Counted from the stretch's first letter, positions 30,916-40,340 are shown. The stretch: 64,000 bases of DNA from a virus (IMGVR_UViG_3300020157_000005:1769-65768); one strand, 5' to 3'. Notes: generated by a model from the letters alone, not told the origin. Made by a program: numbers and translations.

Positions 30916-31290
30916 TTACTCTGCTTGGTTGTTCATTAATTTTCTTTTATACTCATCCATATCCTTCTTCAGTTCCGGTGTGAGTTCTACCTCTCCAGAT
31001 ATCTTATTATCTGCTATTGCTACCCATTGAGGTTTCTCATATGGGAAATGGCTGTCCTTTCCACCCAATGGGCAGGATGCAGATAATGCTCTGGTCTTTA
31101 GGTACATGTTACAACCACAGTCCGTACAGAATTTGTCTTTTCTTGTTACCTTCAGATTGGTTACATTGGGAGAGTAGTGTGAGCATATATTACAATGTGC
31201 TATTCTCTCTGCAGCTATTTTCTCTACCTCTTCCTTAACCCATATAGAGTTGCCTATTCCTTCTATTAACCCTTTGATATCTAATATCAT
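30916..31290 (-). CDS. Zn-ribbon protein
   Basis: CNIC, CTDCGC, KTR...SCP. Confidence 0.6.
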   Translation of the reverse strand: MILDIKGLIEGIGNSIWVKEEVEKIAAERIAHCNICSHYSPNVTNLKVTRKDKFCTDCGCNMYLKTRALSASCPLGGKDSHFPYEKPQWVAIADNKISGEVELTPELKKDMDEYKRKLMNNQAE

Positions 31291-31296
31291 ATGTAG

Positions 31297-31677
31297 TTAC
31301 ATTTTACTGTTATAGAATGCTATTCTAGCATCTTCCTGTTTCATACTCCGTTCTAATGCTGCTCTCTTTTGACTGCTCATTGTATCTCTACTGTTATTCC
31401 ATATGTACTCTAACAGTTTCTTACGATCTATTGCTGCTGCCAATAACTTGAATACTGCAGTCTTTACTACCTTGAATACACAGAACTTGGTAACCTCTAT
31501 AGTGCATTTACTTTCCAGTCCATCATACACTACTTTCCATTGGTGACTATGTATCTTATCTACTATATCAATGTGCACCCCATTCTTTTTGGATACCGCT
31601 TTAACTGCAGCATCGCCTATCTTATCTACAGGTATACATACTAGTTGGTTGTGGTCGTAATTGGGTCTATAAGACAT
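31297..31677 (-). CDS. HU/IHF-like protein
   Basis: Helices followed by TIEVTKFCVFKV beta-arm; upstream of terL as in crAss-like phages. Confidence 0.45.
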   Translation of the reverse strand: MSYRPNYDHNQLVCIPVDKIGDAAVKAVSKKNGVHIDIVDKIHSHQWKVVYDGLESKCTIEVTKFCVFKVVKTAVFKLLAAAIDRKKLLEYIWNNSRDTMSSQKRAALERSMKQEDARIAFYNSKM

Positions 31678-32039
31678 TTGAATGAGAATATGAATGTGTC
31701 TGAATTGTTGAAGTCTGGGACCTTAGCCTTTGGATTGATACGTACCTTACCTTCTACCTTAGTGAGCATACCTTTCTTCTTCAACTTACCTATAGTGTTA
31801 TCCATACTAGCCATAGAACCACCATATCTGGTTAGGTAATCCTTCTTACTCCTTTCTGATGCCACTCCTCCATATATAGATATGTGTGCTAGTAGATTGA
31901 GTTCGCCATTGGTCAGAGGTATCTTAGGATGAAAGGCTGCAAGTAGTGCGTAGTATGCCTTTGCTATATCTCTCCTATCTGTATAAGTTCTCTTATACGG
32001 ACTGATGGATGCTTCTCCAGTATGTAGTTCCTTATCCAT
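31641..32039 (-). CDS. Winged-helix DNA-binding protein
   Basis: LTNGELNLL...SMDNTIGKLKKKGMLTK...RINP wHTH pattern. Confidence 0.55.
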   Translation of the reverse strand: MDKELHTGEASISPYKRTYTDRRDIAKAYYALLAAFHPKIPLTNGELNLLAHISIYGGVASERSKKDYLTRYGGSMASMDNTIGKLKKKGMLTKVEGKVRINPKAKVPDFNNSDTFIFSFKCLIDPITTTTN

Positions 32040-32049
32040 GATATTGTAA

Positions 32050-32074
32050 CAAAGGTATACAACTTAGTTAGATT
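32050..32074 (-). promoter_or_regulatory. CTAACTAAGT box plus TACCTTTG promoter for the packaging/head operon
   Basis: AATCTAACTAAGTTGTATACCTTTG; same spacing as the site at 39-63. Confidence 0.65.
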
Positions 32075-32116
32075 ACACAACCTTATATTGACAATTTCCT
32101 AACCAAATTAGTTAGG

Positions 32117-32353
32117 CTAATCGGGTTGGTTAGCTGTGTATGTTCTAGTCATGTTATCCATATCATCCACATATTGATCTGAATAACTCTCCCCTTCCTG
32201 TAATTGAGGGTACACTTCAGTTAGTGTTATTATACCTACCATTTGTAATTCCTCTTCAGTAGCTAATCTAGCCCAATTAGATGGGTAACTAAAATCATTC
32301 CATCTAAATTGATTATTAGTGACATCTGTGTAGTCCGGTAATAGATATATCAT
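32117..32353 (-). CDS. Small tail-fibre-associated protein
   Basis: YPSNWARLATEEELQMVGI motif; follows fibre genes. Confidence 0.5.
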   Translation of the reverse strand: MIYLLPDYTDVTNNQFRWNDFSYPSNWARLATEEELQMVGIITLTEVYPQLQEGESYSDQYVDDMDNMTRTYTANQPD

Positions 32354-32359
32354 ATAAAA

Positions 32360-33022
32360 TTATTTAAAGGTTGCAATACTAGTACCTGCCGCCCCATTTA
32401 TAGTCCAACTCCAGGTAGGGTTACTAGCTGCGGCACCACTTTGTATTAAATATGCCATAGCTACGAATATATGATTACCAGCTAAGTTGGTTACATTATC
32501 TGTAATAGTAAATCCAGAGTTAATAGATAAACCAACAGATACACTACTAAGAGACAGGCCACATACAAGAACTTCCCTACCTACAGAAGGTGTTACACTA
32601 CCGGTAGCTATTGATCCTGCACCTGCACTATTAGCTCCATTTTGCTTATCCAGTGGACTGCTAATGGCTCCTCCGAATGCGGCTACACACATAGAAGGGT
32701 AATTACCTGTTCTAACATATGTGAATGTATGACCGGTACCAACAGTGGGATTACTACAATAATAGAGACTATTAGAAACCGTAGTTGTAGATGAGTCTTT
32801 TCTAATTAGTGTCCATGTATTACTTTTGTTATCTGTTAAAGTACCAGATGTACCGCTAAGATTTCCCGCATTAACAACTATAAGCGTTGCCCCTGTAGTA
32901 TCTATCGCAGCTGTGGTTACTGTACTACCACCAACAGCACCCTGTCCTGTATGTGCAAGCAACGTTATGGTAGGATTACCACCACTACCGTTTAACAAAG
33001 GTGTATATCCTAATACCGACAT
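32360..33022 (-). CDS. Beta-rich tail fibre/receptor-binding accessory protein
   Basis: S/T/G-rich; TLTDNKSNTWT motif; coupled to the long fibre gene. Confidence 0.55.
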   Translation of the reverse strand: MSVLGYTPLLNGSGGNPTITLLAHTGQGAVGGSTVTTAAIDTTGATLIVVNAGNLSGTSGTLTDNKSNTWTLIRKDSSTTTVSNSLYYCSNPTVGTGHTFTYVRTGNYPSMCVAAFGGAISSPLDKQNGANSAGAGSIATGSVTPSVGREVLVCGLSLSSVSVGLSINSGFTITDNVTNLAGNHIFVAMAYLIQSGAAASNPTWSWTINGAAGTSIATFK

Positions 33023-35730
33023 TATGCTATAGCTAATAGTGAACTGATGAGTATTGATATAGATGCTCCAGTTAGATTACCTGATATACCAGAGGTGGTA
33101 ACGAATGTTGCTGTTCCCAGATTAGCCAGTGTTGTTGATATCTTGAATGAGTTAGCGTCTACTACAGTAACCCAATATGTTGTATTCAGAGCCGGTGTAG
33201 TTGTAGTACCTGCAGAGAACTGTATACGATCTCCAGTATCCATACCATGTGCTGTCCAGGTGAATACTCCCGGTGTTGCATTGGTACCTGTTATAGTAGA
33301 AGATGTCAGATAGATATTAATTATATACGGTAACTCATCCTTCGCTCCCTTAGTGGTAGTGAGTGTTGGTACAGTTCCTCCTGCGAATTCATAGCACCAA
33401 CTATATGCCAATGTACGTGATCCTGTTATATCCTGCTTCACCAGGAACACTCCAGACTGTCCAGCCACCAGGTTAGTAGGTACTCCGAGTGTTCTGTTAC
33501 CTCCAAGTATCACCTTGAAATTATTGGATAGTGAAGCGTCTACAGCAATAGTACTGGCATCTGTGAGTGCATAGAATGATCCCTTCTGTGCCTTGGTCCA
33601 TGTGTTGGAGTTAGCCAGGTTAATAGAAAGCGTACCCGTAGTGGTTATAGTACCGCCACTCAATGTACTATCAGTCGCTACAGATGTTACAGTACCTCCA
33701 GATCCTGCAGCAGTTAATGTAGTACCAGTAAGTGTAAGTCCTGTACCTATAGTAATCTCCTGTACGGGTGTGGTAGTAGATGATGACCCTAGTAACTTTG
33801 ACGTGGTTGATACCGCTTGCATCTTGGCATAGGTAACCGCATTGTTAGCTATAGCAGCTGCTACTGATCCTGGACCTGATGCTGTTACATCACCTGTAAG
33901 AGCAGTAATATAGTTACCAGATGCTTGTTTGCTATTAAAAGTAGTCCAATCACTTGATGATAATGCACCTCTATTAGTGGCAGATGCAGTTGGTAAGTCA
34001 AAAGTATGTGTAGTGCCAGTAGAAGATATTGCAAAATCTGTACCTGCTGTACCGGTAACCATTGTTTGTACTGCACCTGTAAGACTATTGATTGCAGTAA
34101 TACCGGTGCCAGCCATGATACCTGACTGTTGAGTAACGGTTAATATAATTGATGGTACTGATGGAGCAGGAGATACTGCCGAATAAGCAGGTATAGTTAC
34201 ATCTGTATGGTTAGTTGTACTCCACATTAATTGATAATACTCTCCAGCAACTACACTTAAAACAAAGTTCCAAGAAGCTACTGTATGATAAGGATCTGCA
34301 GGACCTTTTCTTTGAGCCAAACCAACTAAAGTACCTGTTGCAGGTAAATCAACTCCATTCTTACGTAACCATATCGTTACATCTTCAGTTGCTGTAGATA
34401 AATTTTGTAACTGAGCAGAAAATTGTATATTATAAATACCTGTATTTGCAAATGTTATTCTTGTGAGATTAGTTCCATCGGTAACAACTGTAACTCCATT
34501 AGAAAGATCTACAGTTCTGTAAATCATTGCATAAGCTGTATTATTAACAGCAGCAGTTTGTGTAACATTATCTTGCCATGCACCGTAATAACCTAATGGC
34601 GTAGCAGCAGTGTTACTTCCCCATTTTAAACCTATTGTAGTTGTACTGTCAGCTATAAGAATTTGCGTATCAAGTCCTACAGATAATCTTGTGTTTGTTG
34701 TACTGTATGTATATAAATCCCCTTTAGTTGTAAGAGGGGATGTGCCTGAAGCACTAAGTGTACCACTAGAAAGAGTAAGACCGGTACCTACAGTTATTTC
34801 TTCCATTATACCAGTACCTGCAGTACTTCTACCTACTAGTTTATTAGTAGCCATAGAAGTAGTGATAGTACCTGTAGTAGTAATAGTACCACCTGATATA
34901 AGTCCTGCAGTAGCTACAGATGTTACTGTACCTGTATATGCATCTGCACTGGAAATAGTAAAATTTGGATAAGTGCCGGTTATTGTGGTAGTCCCTCCTT
35001 GTGTTAATGATACTACCTGATCTGGTGCGGTGTTAGTTATAGTAATGGTACCTGAAGTGGTAATAGGATTAGTACCAGATAAAGATATACCAGTGCCATT
35101 GGCTAAAGTTACTGAAGTTACTGTACCAGTACCTGTTGATATTGCAATATTACCCGCACTATCTGCTGTAGTACCATTAACAGAGATTGGTATAGTATAA
35201 TTAGTGGAAGCAGTTGCATTTGGAAATTCTAATGCAACACCCGTATGTGTTACGTTAGTATTGTATAGATAACTTTCAACTACACCATTGTTTAATCCTA
35301 AATATCCAGAAGAATCTAAGTAAGCATATGTTCCCGTAGCAGCATTTTCTGTACCTACTGCAGAGTTTAGTACTTGACTAAATAACCCTGATAAAGAACC
35401 TACAGTAATTGTATTGGTTGTAATAGCCCCTATATCAGTTACTTGTTGGAGATTTTGGGAACCGCCTCCTGAACCATTAGCTGCTAATGTTATTCTCCCA
35501 TATGCATCTACAGTGAGGTTGGTGTTGGTATATACACCGGGAGTTAGTGTGCCTATAACTGGCAATGATACTACCACATTGCCGGTAGTGGGAGCTACTG
35601 TAACTGTACCATCCGCATTACTGACAGAGTGCACAGTACCTACAGGTATCTCAGATGGTAATGAATACTGTCGTACACCGCTGCTGTTAGTAGTTAATAT
35701 GCTATTAGGTAAGGGAGTCGCACTGGGCAT
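33022..35730 (-). CDS. Long mosaic tail fibre protein
   Basis: Repeated GTVTSV motifs, [23 protein letters not shown] fibre modules; central C1q/BclA-like jelly-roll ([10 protein letters not shown]...IWLRKNG). Confidence 0.8.
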   Translation of the reverse strand: MPSATPLPNSILTTNSSGVRQYSLPSEIPVGTVHSVSNADGTVTVAPTTGNVVVSLPVIGTLTPGVYTNTNLTVDAYGRITLAANGSGGGSQNLQQVTDIGAITTNTITVGSLSGLFSQVLNSAVGTENAATGTYAYLDSSGYLGLNNGVVESYLYNTNVTHTGVALEFPNATASTNYTIPISVNGTTADSAGNIAISTGTGTVTSVTLANGTGISLSGTNPITTSGTITITNTAPDQVVSLTQGGTTTITGTYPNFTISSADAYTGTVTSVATAGLISGGTITTTGTITTSMATNKLVGRSTAGTGIMEEITVGTGLTLSSGTLSASGTSPLTTKGDLYTYSTTNTRLSVGLDTQILIADSTTTIGLKWGSNTAATPLGYYGAWQDNVTQTAAVNNTAYAMIYRTVDLSNGVTVVTDGTNLTRITFANTGIYNIQFSAQLQNLSTATEDVTIWLRKNGVDLPATGTLVGLAQRKGPADPYHTVASWNFVLSVVAGEYYQLMWSTTNHTDVTIPAYSAVSPAPSVPSIILTVTQQSGIMAGTGITAINSLTGAVQTMVTGTAGTDFAISSTGTTHTFDLPTASATNRGALSSSDWTTFNSKQASGNYITALTGDVTASGPGSVAAAIANNAVTYAKMQAVSTTSKLLGSSSTTTPVQEITIGTGLTLTGTTLTAAGSGGTVTSVATDSTLSGGTITTTGTLSINLANSNTWTKAQKGSFYALTDASTIAVDASLSNNFKVILGGNRTLGVPTNLVAGQSGVFLVKQDITGSRTLAYSWCYEFAGGTVPTLTTTKGAKDELPYIINIYLTSSTITGTNATPGVFTWTAHGMDTGDRIQFSAGTTTTPALNTTYWVTVVDANSFKISTTLANLGTATFVTTSGISGNLTGASISILISSLLAIA

Positions 35731-35739
35731 AGTGCAAAG

Positions 35740-36498
35740 TTATGGAATCTTATAATACTGTGTGTTATCAGCTGTAGGTGTTAATATACCATTGCCCATA
35801 TCCCTGGATACCCTGCTATGTGCTATGAAGTTGTTCTGGTTATCCTGCCCGCTGCCTGACATCTTATATATGTTGTAGTCTCCTTCAGGTGAGCCATTGT
35901 CCCCCCAGTTATAGATGAGTGTACCTATGCCGGTAGGATCAATGAATAACCGGTTACTCTCCAACAATGGGTTCAACCAGTGTTGATGATAACTAACTGA
36001 TACCGGTGCATAACCCTGTTGTAACAGATAGTCAGCATCTACGAATATAGAAGGTTCCAGAGTATTCTCAGCAGGAATTACTACCAAGTTACCATGACCA
36101 TCCCGATATCTGTAGTAGCTCTTCTGTGGCTTGTATGCTACTGCAAGATGTTGTGATAATCCTCTGATGTATCCATTGTACCCCTCTGTGAGGTGAGTAG
36201 GTAGGAAGATATCATCATCGTCACTATGGCAGACTACAGTACAGTCTGGATACAACTTCATAGCCAACTTGATAGCGTGGTTGTACTTCTCACCTACTGA
36301 CTGGAAGTTCATGAGACTGCAGTTGTCTATATACACCCTCTGGTTAGGACGTAACTCTACATCAGCTAACTTCAGAGGCTTCCCTGAGTTGCATATGAAC
36401 ATCACGGACTCTTCCTTCGTGTCCTGATCCAGGTAACAACGTAGGTTCCTCTGTAGGCATTTGAAACGACCATGGGTACATGTAAGCCATAACAACAT
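35740..36498 (-). CDS. GT-A fold (GT2-like) glycosyltransferase
   Basis: LTCTHGR N-terminus, YLDQD, VGEKYN, HSDDDDIFLPTHL DxD motif. Confidence 0.8.
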   Translation of the reverse strand: MLLWLTCTHGRFKCLQRNLRCYLDQDTKEESVMFICNSGKPLKLADVELRPNQRVYIDNCSLMNFQSVGEKYNHAIKLAMKLYPDCTVVCHSDDDDIFLPTHLTEGYNGYIRGLSQHLAVAYKPQKSYYRYRDGHGNLVVIPAENTLEPSIFVDADYLLQQGYAPVSVSYHQHWLNPLLESNRLFIDPTGIGTLIYNWGDNGSPEGDYNIYKMSGSGQDNQNNFIAHSRVSRDMGNGILTPTADNTQYYKIP

Positions 36499-36499
36499 A

Positions 36500-37177
36500 T
36501 TAGTTATTTTTTATTAATTTAAGGTAGGATAACAGTCTGTGCAATCTGTTCATTTTCGGTACATATGGAGGGATTATAGATTCTACTGTATCTGACAATA
36601 GCTCATCATCCTCTTCCGGGAATGTACTCCACAACTGCTCATCTTCCATTTCTTCATAAGGGGTACGCGATTCCTCTCGTATTGACCAACCTTTCGTCTG
36701 TAGTTCTTTTTTCTTATCTTCTGTGAGGAGATTATATTCAGTACCATTAGCTTCTGTGAACTCCTTTGAATTACTATGAACATAGCTTCCCCAACTTAAT
36801 GGACATAGTGTTATGAAGTTATTGACCCAATCTACTATATTGACACTATCTATATCACAAGACTTTGAGAATACAACAGATTGCCCATTGGCATTATGGT
36901 ATCTTTTTGATAATCTGATAGTATCTTCTATTACTGAAATCTTTATAGTTTTCACATCTTTGACTATAGATACAGCTATCAATTCATCTACAGTCTTTCT
37001 ATTGAGTTCTGTTTTTTCTACTCTTTCTTGTTTTCTTTTATCTTCAGCTTCTTTAGTAATATCTACATATGCTATGTGTATAGTATCTCCTACCTCAGTT
37101 ATCCGTATAGATGTACTATATACCCCTTTATTGGTATCCGTAATAGACGGCAGCACTATTTGTAAGTTAGTATTCAT
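36500..37177 (-). CDS. Hypothetical protein
   Basis: 225-aa in-strand ORF, no recognisable motif. Confidence 0.55.
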   Translation of the reverse strand: MNTNLQIVLPSITDTNKGVYSTSIRITEVGDTIHIAYVDITKEAEDKRKQERVEKTELNRKTVDELIAVSIVKDVKTIKISVIEDTIRLSKRYHNANGQSVVFSKSCDIDSVNIVDWVNNFITLCPLSWGSYVHSNSKEFTEANGTEYNLLTEDKKKELQTKGWSIREESRTPYEEMEDEQLWSTFPEEDDELLSDTVESIIPPYVPKMNRLHRLLSYLKLIKNN

Positions 37178-37365
37178 AGTAGTCGTTTCTTATTAGGTCG
37201 TAGATATAGTTCCTTCACCTGTGTACTGGGTATTCCATATACCTTCAGCAGGTCAACATGTATACAGTCACGCACCTTGGAGAGTCTACTGCTCTTTCCC
37301 TTGTAGTGCATGTGTACCTGTCTGCCATCATGTAGATTGGCTATGAACTCAAATGTATGTGTCAT
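37174..37365 (-). CDS. Hypothetical protein
   Basis: In-strand, 4-nt overlaps with neighbours. Confidence 0.5.
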   Translation of the reverse strand: MTHTFEFIANLHDGRQVHMHYKGKSSRLSKVRDCIHVDLLKVYGIPSTQVKELYLRPNKKRLL

Positions 37366-37574
37366 CTGTGTAGTTTGTAGAACAGTTTATATGGCTTAGT
37401 ATACTGCCAGTTAGATTGTGTGCAGATACCTATAACTAATCCAAATATAGAGAATCTAATGAACTGATCTCCTTTTCCGATATGACGTAACCGTACCTTG
37501 AAGGAGGGCATCCATTCTACTCCACCATCAATATTATTAGCATTGAGTCCGTATATTATCTGAAATCGTGTCAT
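37362..37574 (-). CDS. Hypothetical protein
   Basis: In-strand, tightly packed. Confidence 0.45.
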   Translation of the reverse strand: MTRFQIIYGLNANNIDGGVEWMPSFKVRLRHIGKGDQFIRFSIFGLVIGICTQSNWQYTKPYKLFYKLHR

Positions 37575-37575
37575 A

Positions 37576-37968
37576 TTAGATGTCCTTAGCTACTATTGCC
37601 TTCTCCTTGTATATCGTATACTCTACACCATCTACCATCATCTTAGCATCGAATGTATTAGGGAAGCACCATACAGTGTCGCCCTCATTATAGAGGTTGC
37701 CTATCATAGCCGATGATGTTGTAGATAGTTGACCTACACTCATTACCAGGCCCTGTACCAGCTTCTGTGGTTCCTGTGCCTTGAGTTGATCCAGTGACTT
37801 CTTCACACTATCCGGTAGCAGTATATCCGATCCCTTCTTCTTGTATACTGCTGTACCATCAGCGAGTTGCTCTATGTCATCCTCACCCATCTCATGGATC
37901 AGCAGTACCATAACTCTGTCTCCCATTACCTGTACCGGGAACTTCTTCTTAGGCTCTTCCTTCTTCAT
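37576..37968 (-). CDS. groES: Co-chaperonin GroES (Cpn10)-like
   Basis: QVMGDRVMV, ILLPDS, GLVMSVG, EGDTVW, VDGVEYTIYKEKAIVAK. Confidence 0.85.
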   Translation of the reverse strand: MKKEEPKKKFPVQVMGDRVMVLLIHEMGEDDIEQLADGTAVYKKKGSDILLPDSVKKSLDQLKAQEPQKLVQGLVMSVGQLSTTSSAMIGNLYNEGDTVWCFPNTFDAKMMVDGVEYTIYKEKAIVAKDI

Positions 37969-37983
37969 ATATTGTTAGTTGAT

Positions 37984-38271
37984 TTATCTGTACACTTTAT
38001 TGTTATGAGTTGGGTATATTGCGAACTTGTTAGAATGCTTTACATGAATAGTACCTTGTGATGTAACTAGCCTATCGAATGGTACTATTTCATCACTGAT
38101 TATGAATTTATCATCAGCTACTATAGTGAGCCCTGAGTCTTTATATTCAGCCATTATAGCTCTACGAAGTCTCTCCATACTGGCCTCCGGAACTTCTATA
38201 GTTATATCTTCTCTTTCCTTTTCTGTAAGACAAAGATCATCAATGAGGTTTCTAATAAATTGCATGTCCAT
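37984..38271 (-). CDS. Hypothetical protein
   Basis: In-strand ORF. Confidence 0.5.
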   Translation of the reverse strand: MDMQFIRNLIDDLCLTEKEREDITIEVPEASMERLRRAIMAEYKDSGLTIVADDKFIISDEIVPFDRLVTSQGTIHVKHSNKFAIYPTHNNKVYR

Positions 38272-38283
38272 ATTGTTAGTTGT

Positions 38284-38568
38284 TTAGTCCATTGTGTGCT
38301 CTATCTCCAACTTCTTCTTTTCTTCTGCTATTTCAGCTCTTCTATCTATATTATGAAACATACCATGAAGGTCTTCCCATAATAGATATTCCTCTTCAGA
38401 AAGTTCCTTCCAATTGAATAATTCTTCATAGTACGTTGGGTTCTCATCAGCTTCTTTTCTCTTTACAGTATAGGTAATAAATGGATGCTCACGTTGTACT
38501 ATTTGCACCCAGAATATAGCCCTAGTCTCTTTATGTCTGTGTAGCACTTGCACCCAGTAGTACTTCAT
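38284..38568 (-). CDS. Hypothetical protein (start MKYYW)
   Basis: ATG preceded by the ATACAACTACAT leader shared with other late genes. Confidence 0.5.
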   Translation of the reverse strand: MKYYWVQVLHRHKETRAIFWVQIVQREHPFITYTVKRKEADENPTYYEELFNWKELSEEEYLLWEDLHGMFHNIDRRAEIAEEKKKLEIEHTMD

Positions 38569-38657
38569 ATGTAGTTGTATTATGAGTGCAAGGTACACAC
38601 AGTTTGGTTAGGTTGTATGTCCTACACCTATATTAATGTTATTGTAATAGCTTGTAT

Positions 38658-38682
38658 AACCTAACTATATTGGTTAGCTTTG
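38658..38682 (+). promoter_or_regulatory. CTAACTA box plus TAGCTTTG promoter, probably leaderless
   Basis: AACCTAACTATATTGGTTAGCTTTG followed by 4 nt and the ATG at 38687. Confidence 0.65.
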
Positions 38683-38686
38683 CAAT

Positions 38687-39394
38687 ATGGTTGCAATAGT
38701 CATTATAATAGTAGCAGGGTTCGTGATATGGGTATCGAGTAACAGTACTCATGATCACCATGTATATACCCCACCGGTTGCTAAGAAGCCACTATCAGTA
38801 GATGAATGGAATAAGTCCGTGATAAAGGCGGGTATGGGTCATCTGGTGTACAGAGGTCCTGGTGCTGCTGATATACCATTGAACCCTACACCTCAGTTAA
38901 TTCCTGTAATCCCTTCTACTGATCCCGACAAAGGAGTATGGTATACTAATGGTATGAAGGGAACAGTGCCTGCAGTATGTATAGCTCAATATGATCTACA
39001 GACAGGTAATATGATGACAAAGAAAGAAGCACTGGAATGGTATATAGACCCATTGATAGCTGGTAACCCGATATCATCTGCAGAGCAGTTAGTGTCAGAT
39101 GCTCTCAATGAATTCCCGGTAGAATGGTTTCGTGAGGTATCCTTCATGGGTATGCCACTACCATCAGGTAAGCATGGTCGAGTTGACTTCTATATACCAT
39201 CACTGTCATTGGTAATAGAGTATGATGGGGAAGGGTGGCATAATACTGCAGAGCAATTAACCAGAGATAGAATGAAAGACACCTTCTGCAGTCAATGGGG
39301 TCTCACTATGATCAGACTGAATCGGAAGCACTACTATCATATGCCCTACACTATATCAGGTATACTGAGTAAGTACGGTATCAGGCGCAGGTAA
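38687..39394 (+). CDS. Membrane-anchored DUF559/Vsr-like PD-(D/E)xK endonuclease
   Basis: N-terminal TM helix; SSAEQ, RVDFYIP, LVIEYDG..WH, RDRMKD, MIRL. Confidence 0.8.
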   Translation: MVAIVIIIVAGFVIWVSSNSTHDHHVYTPPVAKKPLSVDEWNKSVIKAGMGHLVYRGPGAADIPLNPTPQLIPVIPSTDPDKGVWYTNGMKGTVPAVCIAQYDLQTGNMMTKKEALEWYIDPLIAGNPISSAEQLVSDALNEFPVEWFREVSFMGMPLPSGKHGRVDFYIPSLSLVIEYDGEGWHNTAEQLTRDRMKDTFCSQWGLTMIRLNRKHYYHMPYTISGILSKYGIRRR

Positions 39395-39453
39395 TAGTAC
39401 CACATCATTAGTATCTGTGTATATTAGTACCGGTATGGGTGTTGGGGAGTTCA

Positions 39454-39672
39454 TTAGTTGTTGACGTGTGGAGTGTTCAGTGGAGTAGCTACGAATATGT
39501 GCTCTGTTACAGTAGCATCCTCATGTCCATAGAACGGGTGTCCCCCAACATACTCATCAGCAAGTTCCTGTGTATCAAACTGCCGAGCACAGTGAGGGTC
39601 AAGTGTCCAGCCGATACCATCCCACCAAGCATGGGTATCTGTATGTTCGATCATATACGCAATCCTATCCAT
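39454..39672 (-). CDS. Hypothetical protein (start MDRIAY)
   Basis: TACCTTTG lies 4 nt upstream of this ATG. Confidence 0.5.
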   Translation of the reverse strand: MDRIAYMIEHTDTHAWWDGIGWTLDPHCARQFDTQELADEYVGGHPFYGHEDATVTEHIFVATPLNTPHVNN

Positions 39673-39857
39673 AGCACAAAGGTAATACAATATTCCAGAT
39701 ACACAAACACCCCCTGCAGTAAGATACATATAGGTGTTAAACAACCTACAGGTACTTCCATATAACTATCCCCCTGGTATAGAGACTGCATAAGAAACCC
39801 CGGGTACCTATTTATATATTGAATTGCATTATACTCTATCCTATTTTATACTGGGTA

Positions 39858-39973
39858 CTTATACGTGTGTTATATGGGTAACCTGTATATCGGAAATCTT
39901 ATACGTGTGTTAGTAAGGTAACCAGTCTAGTTAAACCACCCCGCCTTCACATTTGATATGCCTATACCCCGCC
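39858..39973. repeat. Direct repeats at the strand-switch region
   Basis: CTTATACGTGTGTTA-N4-GGTAACC at 39858 and 39898 (40-bp period); ACCCCGCC at 39938 and 39966. Confidence 0.75.
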
Positions 39974-40013
39974 AGTGGTAATAGGAATTCTTAATCTCAA
40001 AAAAATATATAAC

Positions 40014-40340
40014 ATGGCACAAGTAACAATTAATGCGCAGGTAATGACAGTAAGGGCTCACAGCTTCGGTGACTCATGCGATTGGTCACTGAACAACTAC
40101 GCCATCATGGGTAGTAATGGTATGACAGAGCAGCAGATATGTGCTCACTTGGAAACACATGGCTACCTGATTACTAAGTCAGGTAAGGCGGTGTTCCTTA
40201 ATGACCCGAATTGGAAACCTATCAATGCACCTACAGCTGAAGATGCAAATGCAGTAGCCGTTGCAGCTAAACCTAAGACAGCTGTAACAATACGGCCAAT
40301 TGCAAGGTTGACTGCTGCTGAAATGGAAGCAGCTGCATAA
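40014..40340 (+). CDS. Hypothetical early protein (start MAQVTIN)
   Basis: A-rich leader; followed by an intrinsic terminator. Confidence 0.65.
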   Translation: MAQVTINAQVMTVRAHSFGDSCDWSLNNYAIMGSNGMTEQQICAHLETHGYLITKSGKAVFLNDPNWKPINAPTAEDANAVAVAAKPKTAVTIRPIARLTAAEMEAAA

